A stretch of 64,000 bases of DNA from a virus (Duplodnaviria; Caudoviricetes), in the IMG/VR virus record IMGVR_UViG_3300032226_000829; one strand, given 5' to 3'. The notes beneath the pieces were generated by a model. It saw nothing but the letters and a program-made list of their open reading frames with translations, was not told the origin of the DNA and ran no database searches. Each line of letters starts with the position of its first letter. Positions within the stretch are counted from its first letter, which is position 1. This document shows positions 1-10,200 of this stretch, piece by piece. The position numbers were made by a program, and so were the translations under genes.

Positions 1-15
1 CATCAGGGATATAAT

Positions 16-525
16 ATGCACGATACAGCAGATATTTTAAAAAATATAGAAAGCATCTACAGCAATGATAATGCTTTTGCTATTATTAAAGATTTTGAAA
101 GAGTACTGGACGAATTGGATCTATATGTGTATGCCAATTGGCAGGATGGTGAATTGATTGAAGGACCAATCATGACCAAACATTATGTGTCCTGCAAATT
201 TATGTGGCCTATGCTGCAAATGCCAGACCCCATGGGCGGCAAAAGATTATTGGATTATGACTGCCGAGTAACTTATAAAAAAGATCAATTGGTCACTGCT
301 AGAAAAATTGTGGAACCTGATGATGTGAGACCAGGCACTAAAAAAGGCAAGTTGGACACTGTGCCTGTGTGGATTGTGGAAATCACCATGCCAATTAATC
401 TTATGAAAAATATATTTGATGGCATGCAAAATCAAGTGGACTTTAATCAAGAGCCAACCAAGAACAATACCATTACTGATATTCAAGATACTGCTGCAGT
501 TCAACCCATAAATCCAGAAATATAA
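16..525 (+). CDS. Hypothetical phage protein (169 aa)
   Basis: Long ORF on the dominant strand, abuts the next gene (taatATG); no recognisable catalytic motif. Confidence 0.75.
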   Translation: MHDTADILKNIESIYSNDNAFAIIKDFERVLDELDLYVYANWQDGELIEGPIMTKHYVSCKFMWPMLQMPDPMGGKRLLDYDCRVTYKKDQLVTARKIVEPDDVRPGTKKGKLDTVPVWIVEITMPINLMKNIFDGMQNQVDFNQEPTKNNTITDIQDTAAVQPINPEI

Positions 526-526
526 T

Positions 527-1237
527 ATGTCACTCAAAACAGGAGATCTTCAATACTGCGTGGATGATATTTTTGAAGTGGATTCATATCAATCCAAAAT
601 GGGCATGGATGACAAGATTGTGGTGTTGAGTTTCAGAGTCAAACCCACACAAGCAGCAGAAGATTTGGTAAACTTTATTGAAAAAGGTTACGACTTTGTG
701 TTGGATGCAGACAAAACCAGTGGTGAACAATCTGATGGTTACTACAGAGTATTTGTGGAGATTGAAAGAAGCAAAAAGATTGGTGCGCAAATTATGGAAG
801 TACTGGATGGTGTAAAAAAATTATCAGATTTGAAAGAATTTAAATTTAGATACTACAAAAATTTTAGAAGTCAACCAGCAGATCAGGCCACACTGGAAAA
901 CATTGTGCCCAAGGATGGCAATGAGTACAGCATACGCAAAAATGAAACTGCAATGGAAAATTACAAAAACTTTTTTGCCAACAGCTATGTGGATGAAGTG
1001 ATAATGGAAGGCGATCACATTGTGTTCAGTAAAAAATATGCTGAGCCATTAAGATTTAGATTTGTGGATTTTGGTATCACAGTGGACAAACTGCAAGAGC
1101 TCAAAGAAGGTTATAATTTGAACAAATTTCCTGAAATACTCTATCTCAGCAAGTACATGGGAAATTACAACATAAGTATCTATGGCAACAAATACATATT
1201 TGAAAATGATAACAAATGTGTGATACTGGAAAAATAA
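527..1237 (+). CDS. Hypothetical phage protein (236 aa)
   Basis: Long ORF coupled to neighbours; no motif recognised. Confidence 0.75.
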   Translation: MSLKTGDLQYCVDDIFEVDSYQSKMGMDDKIVVLSFRVKPTQAAEDLVNFIEKGYDFVLDADKTSGEQSDGYYRVFVEIERSKKIGAQIMEVLDGVKKLSDLKEFKFRYYKNFRSQPADQATLENIVPKDGNEYSIRKNETAMENYKNFFANSYVDEVIMEGDHIVFSKKYAEPLRFRFVDFGITVDKLQELKEGYNLNKFPEILYLSKYMGNYNISIYGNKYIFENDNKCVILEK

Positions 1238-1238
1238 C

Positions 1239-1706
1239 ATGAATCTATCAGAAAATTTTACCGTGACAGAATTTACCAAAAGTCAAACAGCAGCTCGTCT
1301 GGGTATAGACAACATGCCCACACCTGAGCATTTGGAAAATGCCAAAAGATTATTTGAAAATGTGGTACAGAGAGTGCGAGATCACTTTGGTGCCACCACT
1401 ATTAACTCTGGATACAGAGGCGCAGCACTGAACAAAGCAGTGGGCGGTGCATCCACCAGTCAACATTGCAACGGTGAAGCAGCTGATATAGAAGTGCCTG
1501 GAGTGGCCAACTATGATGTGGCACTATGGATTGAACAAAATTGTGAATATGATCAACTGATACTGGAAGCAGCCAAAAAAGATGATCCAGCAGCAGGTTG
1601 GGTGCATGTGAGCTACAAAAAAGGCAAGAATAGAAAACAAAGTCTCACAGCAGTGTTTGTGAATGGCAAACCCATCTACAGCAACGGATTAGGAGTGTAC
1701 GAATAA
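1239..1706 (+). CDS. Peptidase M15 (Zn D-Ala-D-Ala peptidase fold), probable endolysin
   Basis: INSGYR...SQHCNGEAADI (SxHx6D) and WVHVS Zn ligands; directly upstream of a spanin-like pair. Confidence 0.8.
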   Translation: MNLSENFTVTEFTKSQTAARLGIDNMPTPEHLENAKRLFENVVQRVRDHFGATTINSGYRGAALNKAVGGASTSQHCNGEAADIEVPGVANYDVALWIEQNCEYDQLILEAAKKDDPAAGWVHVSYKKGKNRKQSLTAVFVNGKPIYSNGLGVYE

Positions 1707-2191
1707 TGTTTGGATTGTTTGGATCAGCCAAATTAATCATGATAGGCATCATGGTGATAGGATTGTCTGGAGGAGTTAGTTATGTGTACAAACTCAAAGC
1801 GGACAATGCCACACTCAAAGGCAATCAGGTCAAGATGGAACAGGCCTTGGAAACACAGACCAAGTTCATCGAAGATCAAAAGAGAGACTTTGAGGCTATT
1901 ATGAAAGCCAATCAAGAAGTCAACAAGTTAGTGGGCAATCTTAAAAAAGATATCGATGACTTGGATAAAAGATTCAACAAAGGCACCAGAGACTTGGGCA
2001 AGACAGCAATGGAAAGACCTGAAGCCATGGAAAGAATTATCAACAAAGCATCAGACAAAGCACTGAGATGTGTGGAGATCGCAGGCGGTGCCAAACTTAC
2101 AGAAGCAGAAAAAACAGCCACTAAGAAATCAGAGATCAATTCCGAGTGTCCAGCCATAGCCAACCCAGCTTACAAGCCATACAACGAATAA
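1706..2191 (+). CDS. Inner-membrane spanin-like (Rz-like) protein
   Basis: Single N-terminal hydrophobic helix, long heptad coiled coil, two C-terminal Cys; follows the peptidase. Confidence 0.55.
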   Translation: MFGLFGSAKLIMIGIMVIGLSGGVSYVYKLKADNATLKGNQVKMEQALETQTKFIEDQKRDFEAIMKANQEVNKLVGNLKKDIDDLDKRFNKGTRDLGKTAMERPEAMERIINKASDKALRCVEIAGGAKLTEAEKTATKKSEINSECPAIANPAYKPYNE

Positions 2192-2192
2192 T

Positions 2193-2555
2193 ATGATTAA
2201 AATAATTTCCGTGATAGCTTTGAGTTTGTTGCTGACCAATTGCAGCATCCTTGGAGAAAAAGTGATCAAAGTGTTGACACAAGAACAGTCTCGTGAGAAA
2301 TTAAATTTCAAGACTCCCACACTGGAAGAGATGGAGAAGTTGAGATGGATAGTGATCACCAGCAACAATGCCCAAGAAGTATTTGCCAAAATGAAAGCAG
2401 AAGGATTGGATCCTGTGTTGTTTGGATTGAGTGATGAGGACTATGAATTGCTGGCTAAAAATTTTGCACAAATTCGCAGCACACTAAAACAAACCCAAGA
2501 CATATTGGATCGCTACAAAGAATACTATGAAGGAACGACTAAAACAAATAATTAA
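2193..2555 (+). CDS. Outer-membrane lipoprotein, o-spanin-like (Rz1-like)
   Basis: MIKIISVIALSLLLTNC signal peptide ending in a lipobox-like Cys; follows the i-spanin-like gene. Confidence 0.55.
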   Translation: MIKIISVIALSLLLTNCSILGEKVIKVLTQEQSREKLNFKTPTLEEMEKLRWIVITSNNAQEVFAKMKAEGLDPVLFGLSDEDYELLAKNFAQIRSTLKQTQDILDRYKEYYEGTTKTNN

Positions 2556-2901
2556 TTCCACAGTTACCGTTGCCAAAAATACATGGCCTTGTGTGAAGAA
2601 TTTCAGTACACAAGCATACAGCCAATGCAAAATTTTATTTTGTGCAATTTACAAATATTCTGTAATAATCTTCAAAAATACTTGGTCTGGCATGATGTGG
2701 ATCTACAACATCATAGCAGACATGTTTCGAAAAGTGCCAGCAGAATTGACCTATTGGCATGATGGAGTACAGAATGTGGTGCAGGTGGATGATTTTGTGG
2801 AATTGGCTCCCAATATGATACAGTATGAAGACACAGACACCAAAAAAAGAGTCAAAGTAAAAGCCGAATATCCCATCAAATATATCTTGAAAGAAAAATA
2901 A
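2527..2901 (+). CDS. Hypothetical protein (124 aa)
   Basis: ORF overlapping the upstream gene; start uncertain. Confidence 0.6.
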   Translation: MKERLKQIINSTVTVAKNTWPCVKNFSTQAYSQCKILFCAIYKYSVIIFKNTWSGMMWIYNIIADMFRKVPAELTYWHDGVQNVVQVDDFVELAPNMIQYEDTDTKKRVKVKAEYPIKYILKEK

Positions 2902-2914
2902 ACCTTTCAATCAC

Positions 2915-2944
2915 TTGACTTTTTATCAAAATACACTATATTAT
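2915..2944 (+). promoter_or_regulatory. sigma70-type early promoter for dnaJ-def-clpA
   Basis: TTGACT (2915-2920), 18 nt, TATTAT (2939-2944) in the intergenic gap. Confidence 0.6.
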
Positions 2945-2949
2945 AGCAT

Positions 2950-3786
2950 ATGGATCCATACAAAGTTTTAGGTGTTGATCGCAACATCAACGAAAACGAT
3001 TTGAAAAAAGCCTACAAGAGCAAGGCCATGAAACATCATCCTGACAGAGGTGGTGATGAAAACAAATTTAAAGAACTAAACGAAGCCTACGACATACTGA
3101 AAGATCCACAAAAAAAAGCTGCCTATGACAGATACGGCACTGCAGATCCCAATCAAATGAATTCACAAAATTTTAATTTTAATGGTGATATCAATGATGT
3201 GTTCAACACATTCTTTGGTGGTGGTTTCAATAGAGCAAACAGTGCGAGACACAGACCTCGCAACGCCGACATAAACATAGAAGCCACATTGGATTTAGTA
3301 GATGTGCAAAATGGAAAATCCTTAATTGCCAGTTATAGATTACCCAACGGTCGACAGGAGAGTGTGAACATTGACATTCCGCCAGGAGTGGAACACAACA
3401 ACATGATCAAATTTAATGGTTTGGGTTCTGATTCAGTGAGCAATGCTCCCAGAGGAGATTTGATTGTGAGAGTAAAAATTCTAAGACATAAAACATGGGA
3501 AAGAGATGGCCCTCATCTACTCACAAGAATAAAAGTCAATATATTGGATTTGATATTGGGCACAAAGGAAGAAATACACACACTGTCTGGCAAGAACCTT
3601 TCAATCAGCATACCCAAAGGCACTCAGAACGGCACAGTGTTCAATGTCACAGGAGAAGGATTGCCCAATGTGCATAATCCTAGACAGAAAGGCAACATCT
3701 ATGTCACAGTGCAGGCAGATACGCCACGAGTGGATGACGCAGAATTATTACAAAAAATAAAAAATTTAAAAGATGAACTTAATTAA
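2950..3786 (+). CDS. dnaJ: DnaJ-class co-chaperone (type II/CbpA-like, no Zn finger)
   Basis: J domain with HPD (KHHPDRGG), G/F-rich linker, C-terminal substrate-binding domain (GDLIVRV, GEGLP). Confidence 0.9.
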   Translation: MDPYKVLGVDRNINENDLKKAYKSKAMKHHPDRGGDENKFKELNEAYDILKDPQKKAAYDRYGTADPNQMNSQNFNFNGDINDVFNTFFGGGFNRANSARHRPRNADINIEATLDLVDVQNGKSLIASYRLPNGRQESVNIDIPPGVEHNNMIKFNGLGSDSVSNAPRGDLIVRVKILRHKTWERDGPHLLTRIKVNILDLILGTKEEIHTLSGKNLSISIPKGTQNGTVFNVTGEGLPNVHNPRQKGNIYVTVQADTPRVDDAELLQKIKNLKDELN

Positions 3787-4267
3787 ATATCCTGATCAGA
3801 GACTGCAACAGACTGTAAAAGATTTTGATTTCAATTCTTTGGATGCTAAAAAAATAGAGCATGAGATGATTCAAACCATGCAAACAGAAATGGGCATTGG
3901 TCTGTCTGCCAATCAGGTTGGATTGGATGCCAAAATATTTGTGATGCAACCACACAGTGTGCTTGGAAAAACCCAACCATTTGCAGTGATAAATCCTGTG
4001 ATACAGGAAGCTTCCACAGATTTGGTTCTGATGGAAGAAGGCTGTTTGAGCTTTCCAAAATTATATCTTAAAATACTCAGACCAAACACCATAGTGGTTA
4101 AATATATTGACAGTGATCAAAAAGAATGTATAATAAAATTAGATAGAATAAATGCTAGAATTTTTTTACATGAATTTGATCATTTGTACGGTATCAACTT
4201 TATCGACAGAGTCAGCAAGTTAAAATTAGATATGGCCCTTAAGAAACAACAGAGATTGCTAAAATAA
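3773..4267 (+). CDS. def: Peptide deformylase
   Basis: All three PDF motifs: GIGLSANQVG, EGCLS, HEFDHLYG. Confidence 0.95.
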   Translation: MNLIKYPDQRLQQTVKDFDFNSLDAKKIEHEMIQTMQTEMGIGLSANQVGLDAKIFVMQPHSVLGKTQPFAVINPVIQEASTDLVLMEEGCLSFPKLYLKILRPNTIVVKYIDSDQKECIIKLDRINARIFLHEFDHLYGINFIDRVSKLKLDMALKKQQRLLK

Positions 4268-4268
4268 T

Positions 4269-6527
4269 ATGGTAGAACCCAGCGACGAACTACAACGCAT
4301 ATTTGACAAAGCAGTAGAAAATGCTGCCAAACTCAAACATGAATACATCACAGTGGAACATCTGTTGTTCTCCATGCTGTGCTATGATAAATTTGTGAAA
4401 AATTTGTCTGACTTTGGCGCAGATGCTGAATCAATCAAAAAAAATCTTGAAAAATATCTTAAGGACAATCTAAAAGAGATTGAACTGTTGGAAGTGCCTG
4501 CAAAATTCAAACCCAAAAAGACTGTGGCTGTGGAGCGAGTACTCAACAGAGCATTCACACAGGTGTTGTTCAGTGGTCGTCAACAGATTGAACTGACTGA
4601 TGTGTTTTTGAGCATGATGAGTGAAAAGAAGAGCTGGAGTTATTATTACATTGCCAAAAGCAACATCAGCAAAGACAAATTTGCTGATTTTTTAAACAGT
4701 GAATTAGAAACTGATTATGAAGCAGAAGAAAACAGTTCTGCCACTCAAAGAGCATTGAATCTATACACTACAAATTTGAATTCGGAAGCAAAAAAAGAAA
4801 AAATAGATCCCGTGATAGGTCGACATGCTGAGTTGGATCAAATTTCATTGGCTTTGGGTCGTAGAATGAAAAACAATGTGATATTAGTGGGTGATCCAGG
4901 AGTGGGTAAAACTGCCATAGCAGAAGGATTGGCATTGAACATTGTGACCAATAAGGTTCCAGACTTTTTAAAAGAGTATCAGGTGTATAATTTAGACATT
5001 GGTGCCATGTTGGCTGGTAGCAAATACAGAGGAGATTTTGAAGAAAGATTCAAAATGGTGTTGCAAGCACTAAAGAAAAAAGGCAAAACCATTGTGTTCA
5101 TAGACGAAGCACACAATATCAGCGGAGCAGGAGCAGGTGGTGGAGACAAAGGATCCAATGATTTAGCAAATTTATTAAAACCAGTGCTGACCAAAGGCAC
5201 ACTAAAAGTTGTGGCCAGTACCACTTGGGAAGAATACAGAAAATACTTTGAAAAAGATCGTGCTCTTATGAGAAGATTCCAAAGAATCACTGTGGATGAG
5301 CCCAGTCAATCAGTGGCCATAGACATATTGAAAGGTCTTAAAAAATATTATGAAAATTATCACAAAGCTGAAATCACAGATGCAGCCATTGAAGCAGCAG
5401 TAAAATTAAGTTGCAAATATCAAACTGATAAGAAATTACCTGACAAGGCCATTGATTTAATAGATCTATCTGGCAGTAGATTCAATATCAGTCCCAAAGA
5501 AAATCGTAAGATTGATGTGGCTGAAGTAGAATTTGAATTAAGTAAACTGATCACCATGCCTGTGGAAAACATTCAACAGAGAGAGAACAGCAACTTGGTA
5601 CATCTTGAAAAAAATTTAAAATCTGAAGTGTACGATCAGGATGAAGCTATTGACAATATTGTGGACAAAGTGTTCATTGCTCAAGCAGGATTGAAAGCAG
5701 AAAATAAACCCATAGGTTCATTTATATTCATGGGACCAACTGGATGTGGTAAAACAGAGACAGCCAAGCAACTCAGCAAACATTTGGGAGTAAAATTGAT
5801 AAGATTTGACATGAGTGAATATCAAGAAAAACACAGTATCAGCAAACTGATTGGATCCCCTCCAGGTTATGTGGGCTATGAAGAAAATGCTGGATCATTG
5901 ATTACAAAATTACAAGAATCACCCAACTGTGTGTTACTGTTGGATGAAATAGAAAAAGCACATCCTGATATTTCACAAATATTGCTTCAGATTATGGATG
6001 AAGGCACAGTGACTGGCAGCAACGGCAAAGTGGCTGACTGCAGGAACATTATGTTGATATTAACCACCAATCTTGGTGCTGAACAGGCAGAAAAAGGCAG
6101 TATAGGTTTTGCTCAGTACATGGATGAAGCATATTCTGACACAGCATTAAAAAAATTCTTCACGCCTGAATTTAGAAACAGATTGGATGCTGTGGTCACA
6201 TTCAAAAAATTAGGCAAACCTACCATGATCAAAATTGTGGGCAAATTCTTGACCGAATTAAAAAAATTCTTAACTGAAAAAAATATTCAAGTAACAGTGT
6301 CTGATGAAGCCATTGATTATCTTGTGGACAAAGGATTTGATCCTAAAATGGGTGCTAGACCCATGCAGAGAACCATTGACAGAGAAATTAAAAAACCATT
6401 GTCAAGAGAACTGCTGTTTGGTGCTTTAAAAAAGGGTGGAAAACTTGTGATCAATGCCAAAGACAATAAAATAGTATTAGAAGTGTCGAATTCGTCGCAG
6501 ACCATAGAAATCGCCACAAACATCTAA
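4269..6527 (+). CDS. clpA: ClpA-type ATP-dependent unfoldase (752 aa)
   Basis: Clp N-domain, two AAA+ modules ([14 protein letters not shown]; [15 protein letters not shown]), GYVGYE pore loop, IGF ClpP-docking loop; no ClpB middle domain. Confidence 0.9.
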   Translation: MVEPSDELQRIFDKAVENAAKLKHEYITVEHLLFSMLCYDKFVKNLSDFGADAESIKKNLEKYLKDNLKEIELLEVPAKFKPKKTVAVERVLNRAFTQVLFSGRQQIELTDVFLSMMSEKKSWSYYYIAKSNISKDKFADFLNSELETDYEAEENSSATQRALNLYTTNLNSEAKKEKIDPVIGRHAELDQISLALGRRMKNNVILVGDPGVGKTAIAEGLALNIVTNKVPDFLKEYQVYNLDIGAMLAGSKYRGDFEERFKMVLQALKKKGKTIVFIDEAHNISGAGAGGGDKGSNDLANLLKPVLTKGTLKVVASTTWEEYRKYFEKDRALMRRFQRITVDEPSQSVAIDILKGLKKYYENYHKAEITDAAIEAAVKLSCKYQTDKKLPDKAIDLIDLSGSRFNISPKENRKIDVAEVEFELSKLITMPVENIQQRENSNLVHLEKNLKSEVYDQDEAIDNIVDKVFIAQAGLKAENKPIGSFIFMGPTGCGKTETAKQLSKHLGVKLIRFDMSEYQEKHSISKLIGSPPGYVGYEENAGSLITKLQESPNCVLLLDEIEKAHPDISQILLQIMDEGTVTGSNGKVADCRNIMLILTTNLGAEQAEKGSIGFAQYMDEAYSDTALKKFFTPEFRNRLDAVVTFKKLGKPTMIKIVGKFLTELKKFLTEKNIQVTVSDEAIDYLVDKGFDPKMGARPMQRTIDREIKKPLSRELLFGALKKGGKLVINAKDNKIVLEVSNSSQTIEIATNI

Positions 6528-6541
6528 CAGCATACAAGGAC

Positions 6542-6547
6542 TAAATA
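6542..6547 (+). promoter_or_regulatory. T4-type late promoter core (TAAATA)
   Basis: TAAATA, 5 nt, ATG 6553; no Shine-Dalgarno. Confidence 0.55.
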
Positions 6548-6552
6548 TACGT

Positions 6553-6915
6553 ATGCCAGCATACAGCGAAACAATATTAACAGCACAAAACCATCCCAAT
6601 GACAGCACATCCACCACTGTCACAGGACAGCAATACAAAGGCGACGGATATTATGGTCGCAGTGATGGATTTCACACAGTGCAGTTGACTGTGACTGATT
6701 TTGTGGGTACCATAGTGATACAAGCCTCATTGGCCACTGAACCCACTGCCACAGATTGGTTTGATGTCACAGGCACTGCACACACCAGCACCAACAATGC
6801 TCATGCAAATGCTGATGGTAGTTTTTTTTATAATTTTACCGGTAATTTTGTGTGGATCAGAGCCAAAGTGGTGTACACAGCAGGCGATATAGCATCAATC
6901 AAACTGAATCACTAA
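6553..6915 (+). CDS. Hypothetical beta-rich protein (120 aa), possibly structural
   Basis: ORF behind a late-promoter motif; Thr/Gly-rich. Confidence 0.7.
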   Translation: MPAYSETILTAQNHPNDSTSTTVTGQQYKGDGYYGRSDGFHTVQLTVTDFVGTIVIQASLATEPTATDWFDVTGTAHTSTNNAHANADGSFFYNFTGNFVWIRAKVVYTAGDIASIKLNH

Positions 6916-6916
6916 T

Positions 6917-7504
6917 ATGCAACATTTTTTCAGCATCATAGGCAAAGACATCAATCCAGAATCATTGTTGAACACAGCAATGAGCGAGAGCGCTATTGGA
7001 TTGTTGGAAGACCAAACCACATATGAGATTTTTGAGGATGAAGATGACAATCAAGTATTGCGAGTGGAACTGCACAGATCATTGGATTCGACTGAAGCAG
7101 ATGAATTGGCAGAAAGTTTAAACGAAAAACTGAAAGCCATGGGATTGAATGAATTTGACATTGAAATCAGCACTGACGAAACATTGGATGAAGAAACACT
7201 GGAAGGTGACGATTTTCATTCAGCCTATGATGTGATGTGGTTCAATGAAGATGAAAATTTAGATGAAGCAGAATACAGAGGACGCAAAGTGCCTTTGGGT
7301 AAACCCATGCGTGGTGATCGAAAAAAATTTAAAGTGTATGTGCGAAAACCCAACGGCAATGTGGTCAAAGTGAACTTTGGTGATCCCAACATGAGAATTA
7401 GAAAATCCAATCCAGCAAGACGTAGAAGTTTTAGAGCAAGACACAACTGTGCTAACCCAGGTCCAAGAACAAAGGCCCGTTATTGGAGTTGTCGCAAATG
7501 GTAA
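6917..7504 (+). CDS. Hypothetical protein with very acidic N-domain and basic Cys/His C-terminal module
   Basis: Glu/Asp-rich first 115 aa, then LDE|AEYRGRK...SFRARHNC...YWSCRKW. Confidence 0.75.
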   Translation: MQHFFSIIGKDINPESLLNTAMSESAIGLLEDQTTYEIFEDEDDNQVLRVELHRSLDSTEADELAESLNEKLKAMGLNEFDIEISTDETLDEETLEGDDFHSAYDVMWFNEDENLDEAEYRGRKVPLGKPMRGDRKKFKVYVRKPNGNVVKVNFGDPNMRIRKSNPARRRSFRARHNCANPGPRTKARYWSCRKW

Positions 7505-7689
7505 AAATTACAGATTACAAAACTCATAAAAAAACTATCTCCAAGGAAGATCAAGAAGTATTCGATTGGATTGGACAGCAATTACAAGATGTTTATGATG
7601 GCAAGAATGTATATCTTTCAGATGAGTCAGTGGAGAAAGATAAACAAGCATGGTTAAAAACACAAATCACAACAGAGGAGATCAAATAA
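7498..7689 (+). CDS. Hypothetical protein (63 aa; start reassigned to ATG 7498)
   Basis: GGAG at 7485-7488 before ATG 7498. Confidence 0.6.
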   Translation: MVKITDYKTHKKTISKEDQEVFDWIGQQLQDVYDGKNVYLSDESVEKDKQAWLKTQITTEEIK

Positions 7690-7690
7690 C

Positions 7691-7966
7691 ATGTGGGAAA
7701 TGATTGAAAGAATGGTAGGAGATCGTCTGTGGATATACACAGGCATAATGGGTTCAATATTTGGTGCATTGTTTCTGACCTATATCAAAGACACTCGCAT
7801 TGGCTTATGGGTGTACAGCAAGTGGGACGGAGCCATTGATTTCTTGCGTGATAGATATGGTTGGACTTGGTTAAATCAAGATCCAGATGCTTGGAAAAAA
7901 TCAAATCCTGGTGCGGCCAAAAAGATAGACGAATTAGAAGCAAGAATTAAAAGATTGGAAAAATAA
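7691..7966 (+). CDS. Small membrane protein (91 aa)
   Basis: One hydrophobic segment LWIYTGIMGSIFGALFLTYI; C-terminal short coiled coil. Confidence 0.7.
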   Translation: MWEMIERMVGDRLWIYTGIMGSIFGALFLTYIKDTRIGLWVYSKWDGAIDFLRDRYGWTWLNQDPDAWKKSNPGAAKKIDELEARIKRLEK

Positions 7967-7968
7967 TC

Positions 7969-8295
7969 ATGGTCAAGATGAAAGATTTCACAGCAATTAC
8001 CAGAGACAATATGGGATATGATGTGGTAGAGGACATATATCAATTCATGTTGAATGACAGTGTTTTTTTTAGGAAACATTTCTTTCCAGTGGCCAAACAA
8101 GTCACAGACAATCATATGATTGAAAAAGATGTCAACATGTGGAGCAATTGTGTGGAAAATGCCATCCAAGAATATTTTAAAAAATTTAAAATCAAAGCCA
8201 AACCAGAAAAAATAATCAATGCAGATGATCGCGTGAATCTTGTGGGCAAGATTACCAAAGGGTTGGCACAACATCCGGTCAAGAATGCACAATGA
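7969..8295 (+). CDS. Hypothetical protein (108 aa)
   Basis: ORF coupled to neighbours. Confidence 0.7.
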   Translation: MVKMKDFTAITRDNMGYDVVEDIYQFMLNDSVFFRKHFFPVAKQVTDNHMIEKDVNMWSNCVENAIQEYFKKFKIKAKPEKIINADDRVNLVGKITKGLAQHPVKNAQ

Positions 8296-8858
8296 GACTC
8301 ATAGAAATAAGTCAGCCAGCGCCTAAAATTGCCGCATTTGCTTACGGCAGAATGAATCCACCCACCACAGGTCATAAAAAATTAGTGGATACCATTGCGT
8401 CTCAGCCAGGAGATCATTTTTTATTTTTAACACACACTCAAGATGCCAAAACAAATCCTTTGAGTTTTGAAGACAAAGTGCTGTATGCTCAAAAAATGTT
8501 CCCCACAGTCACAGTGGGAGATGCAGGAGTTAAAACCATCATTGATGCCATGAAGAAATTACAAGGCATGGGCTACCGAGATATCATATATGTGGCAGGT
8601 TCAGACAGAGTACAACAATTTGATCAATTGCTGAGCAAATACAATGGCAAAGATTATCAGTTTGACAGTATTAGAACTGTGAATGCTGGCATGAGAGATC
8701 CAGATGCCGAAGGTGCTGCAGGTGTGAGTGCCAGCAAAGCCCGTGAATATGCTGTGCAAGGTGCTAGACGCAGCTTTTTAAGCACCATTCCCGCAGATGA
8801 AAAAATTGGCAACGAGATATATCAAAAAATACGTCAAAACCTAAAGCAAACAGCATAA
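8292..8858 (+). CDS. Cytidylyltransferase-like (HIGH-family) nucleotidyltransferase
   Basis: YGRMNPPTTGH (HIGH-like), VAGSDRV, SASKAR (KMSKS-like); N-terminus MRLIEI. Confidence 0.75.
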   Translation: MRLIEISQPAPKIAAFAYGRMNPPTTGHKKLVDTIASQPGDHFLFLTHTQDAKTNPLSFEDKVLYAQKMFPTVTVGDAGVKTIIDAMKKLQGMGYRDIIYVAGSDRVQQFDQLLSKYNGKDYQFDSIRTVNAGMRDPDAEGAAGVSASKAREYAVQGARRSFLSTIPADEKIGNEIYQKIRQNLKQTA

Positions 8859-8861
8859 ATA
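8856..8861 (+). promoter_or_regulatory. T4-type late promoter core
   Basis: TAAATA overlapping the stop codon, 4 nt, ATG 8866. Confidence 0.55.
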
Positions 8862-8865
8862 TTGT

Positions 8866-9084
8866 ATGAACGAGATTGATAAATTAAAAAAACTGGCAGG
8901 CATAGACACTCTTTCACACACAATGCCATCAGTGGAAAATATCAGTCACACAGCACAGGCATTAAAAGACAAAGAAAAAAAATTAGGCTTGAAACCAGGT
9001 GATCCAGATTGGTTCAAACTGTGGTTCAGTCTGCCACACATGACTGGTTCAGTAGACAGTAAATTTAGAGGAAGAAAGAAATGA
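8866..9084 (+). CDS. Hypothetical protein (72 aa)
   Basis: MNEIDKLKKLAGI N-terminus; behind a late motif. Confidence 0.7.
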   Translation: MNEIDKLKKLAGIDTLSHTMPSVENISHTAQALKDKEKKLGLKPGDPDWFKLWFSLPHMTGSVDSKFRGRKK

Positions 9085-10196
9085 AGCTAAGACACATCAT
9101 CAACGAAATGGGTTCTAGAATGCCATCATCTATGGTAAAAACTAAATCTAAACTGGACATGATGAATCCAGATGAGATTAGAGCGTTCTTTAAAAATAGA
9201 GAAGATTTTGCAGCACAACACAGAGGCGGAAAGATAGCACCAGGATTTTCAGCCAAAGAATTAGCACAGAGACAGGAGTTCAGCTATGGCAGAGAATTTG
9301 CCAAAGGTCGTCCTTACTCTAAACATTTTGAAAGCACAGAATTAGACGAAGGTTTAAAAGATTGGTTACAAAAAATGGCTGTGGCTGGAATTATTGTGGG
9401 CAGTGTGGCAGGCATAGGTTCCATCAATAATGCCATCAATAATAATGTGCCAGTGATACAAGCCATGAACAAAGCATTAGATGTTGCTAATCAAAAAGGC
9501 GACAAACAATTGATACAGAACATAAAACAAGATATTGATGTGGCTAAAATAAGTTTGGATTCAGGCAAAGATTTGAATACTGTAAAGCAATTACAAGATA
9601 GATATGCAAAATTTATGCCAGCTGATTATAAACCTTCTACTCCTGCTCCTAAATTTAAAGAAGCAGAACAGAACATTGCATATGATCCTACAAATAACAA
9701 ATACGAACATCCTGAATATATTGTATTCTATGCAAAAAGTCGTTCTCACAAAATGAAAGGCGAATATTTTGATTCAAAAGAAGAAGCAGAAAAATTTAGA
9801 GATCAATTGATAGCACAAAAATTTAAAATTGTAGATCTTACACCTTATATGGATCACGTAAATGCTTTAACAAGAAGAAATCGACCATCTAATCCTAAGA
9901 CAGTGGGCGAAGAAGTGGCTAAAACAGACACACTGACCATAGACATACCTATGTTTATTAGATTGATGGAATATGCCAGAGAAGATGCCAAGACTGATAT
10001 GGATCTACACAATGTTACCACAAATTTATTAAAGATCAAAGACAAAACTATCAGCATGGCTGATTATGATCAAGTGGTTCAGTCCACAGATGTTGACACT
10101 GCTGACGAAAGTTTCAAAGATAAAATTGCTAAAAAAATTGTTCAACCCATAAAAGATTACAACAAAGATAAAGAGCAAGAACCAAAAAAATCTTAA
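9081..10196 (+). CDS. Modular putative internal head protein (371 aa)
   Basis: MKLRHIINE N-terminus; several sequence blocks separated by Glu-ending linkers. Confidence 0.7.
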   Translation: MKLRHIINEMGSRMPSSMVKTKSKLDMMNPDEIRAFFKNREDFAAQHRGGKIAPGFSAKELAQRQEFSYGREFAKGRPYSKHFESTELDEGLKDWLQKMAVAGIIVGSVAGIGSINNAINNNVPVIQAMNKALDVANQKGDKQLIQNIKQDIDVAKISLDSGKDLNTVKQLQDRYAKFMPADYKPSTPAPKFKEAEQNIAYDPTNNKYEHPEYIVFYAKSRSHKMKGEYFDSKEEAEKFRDQLIAQKFKIVDLTPYMDHVNALTRRNRPSNPKTVGEEVAKTDTLTIDIPMFIRLMEYAREDAKTDMDLHNVTTNLLKIKDKTISMADYDQVVQSTDVDTADESFKDKIAKKIVQPIKDYNKDKEQEPKKS

Positions 10197-10200
10197 TCAT

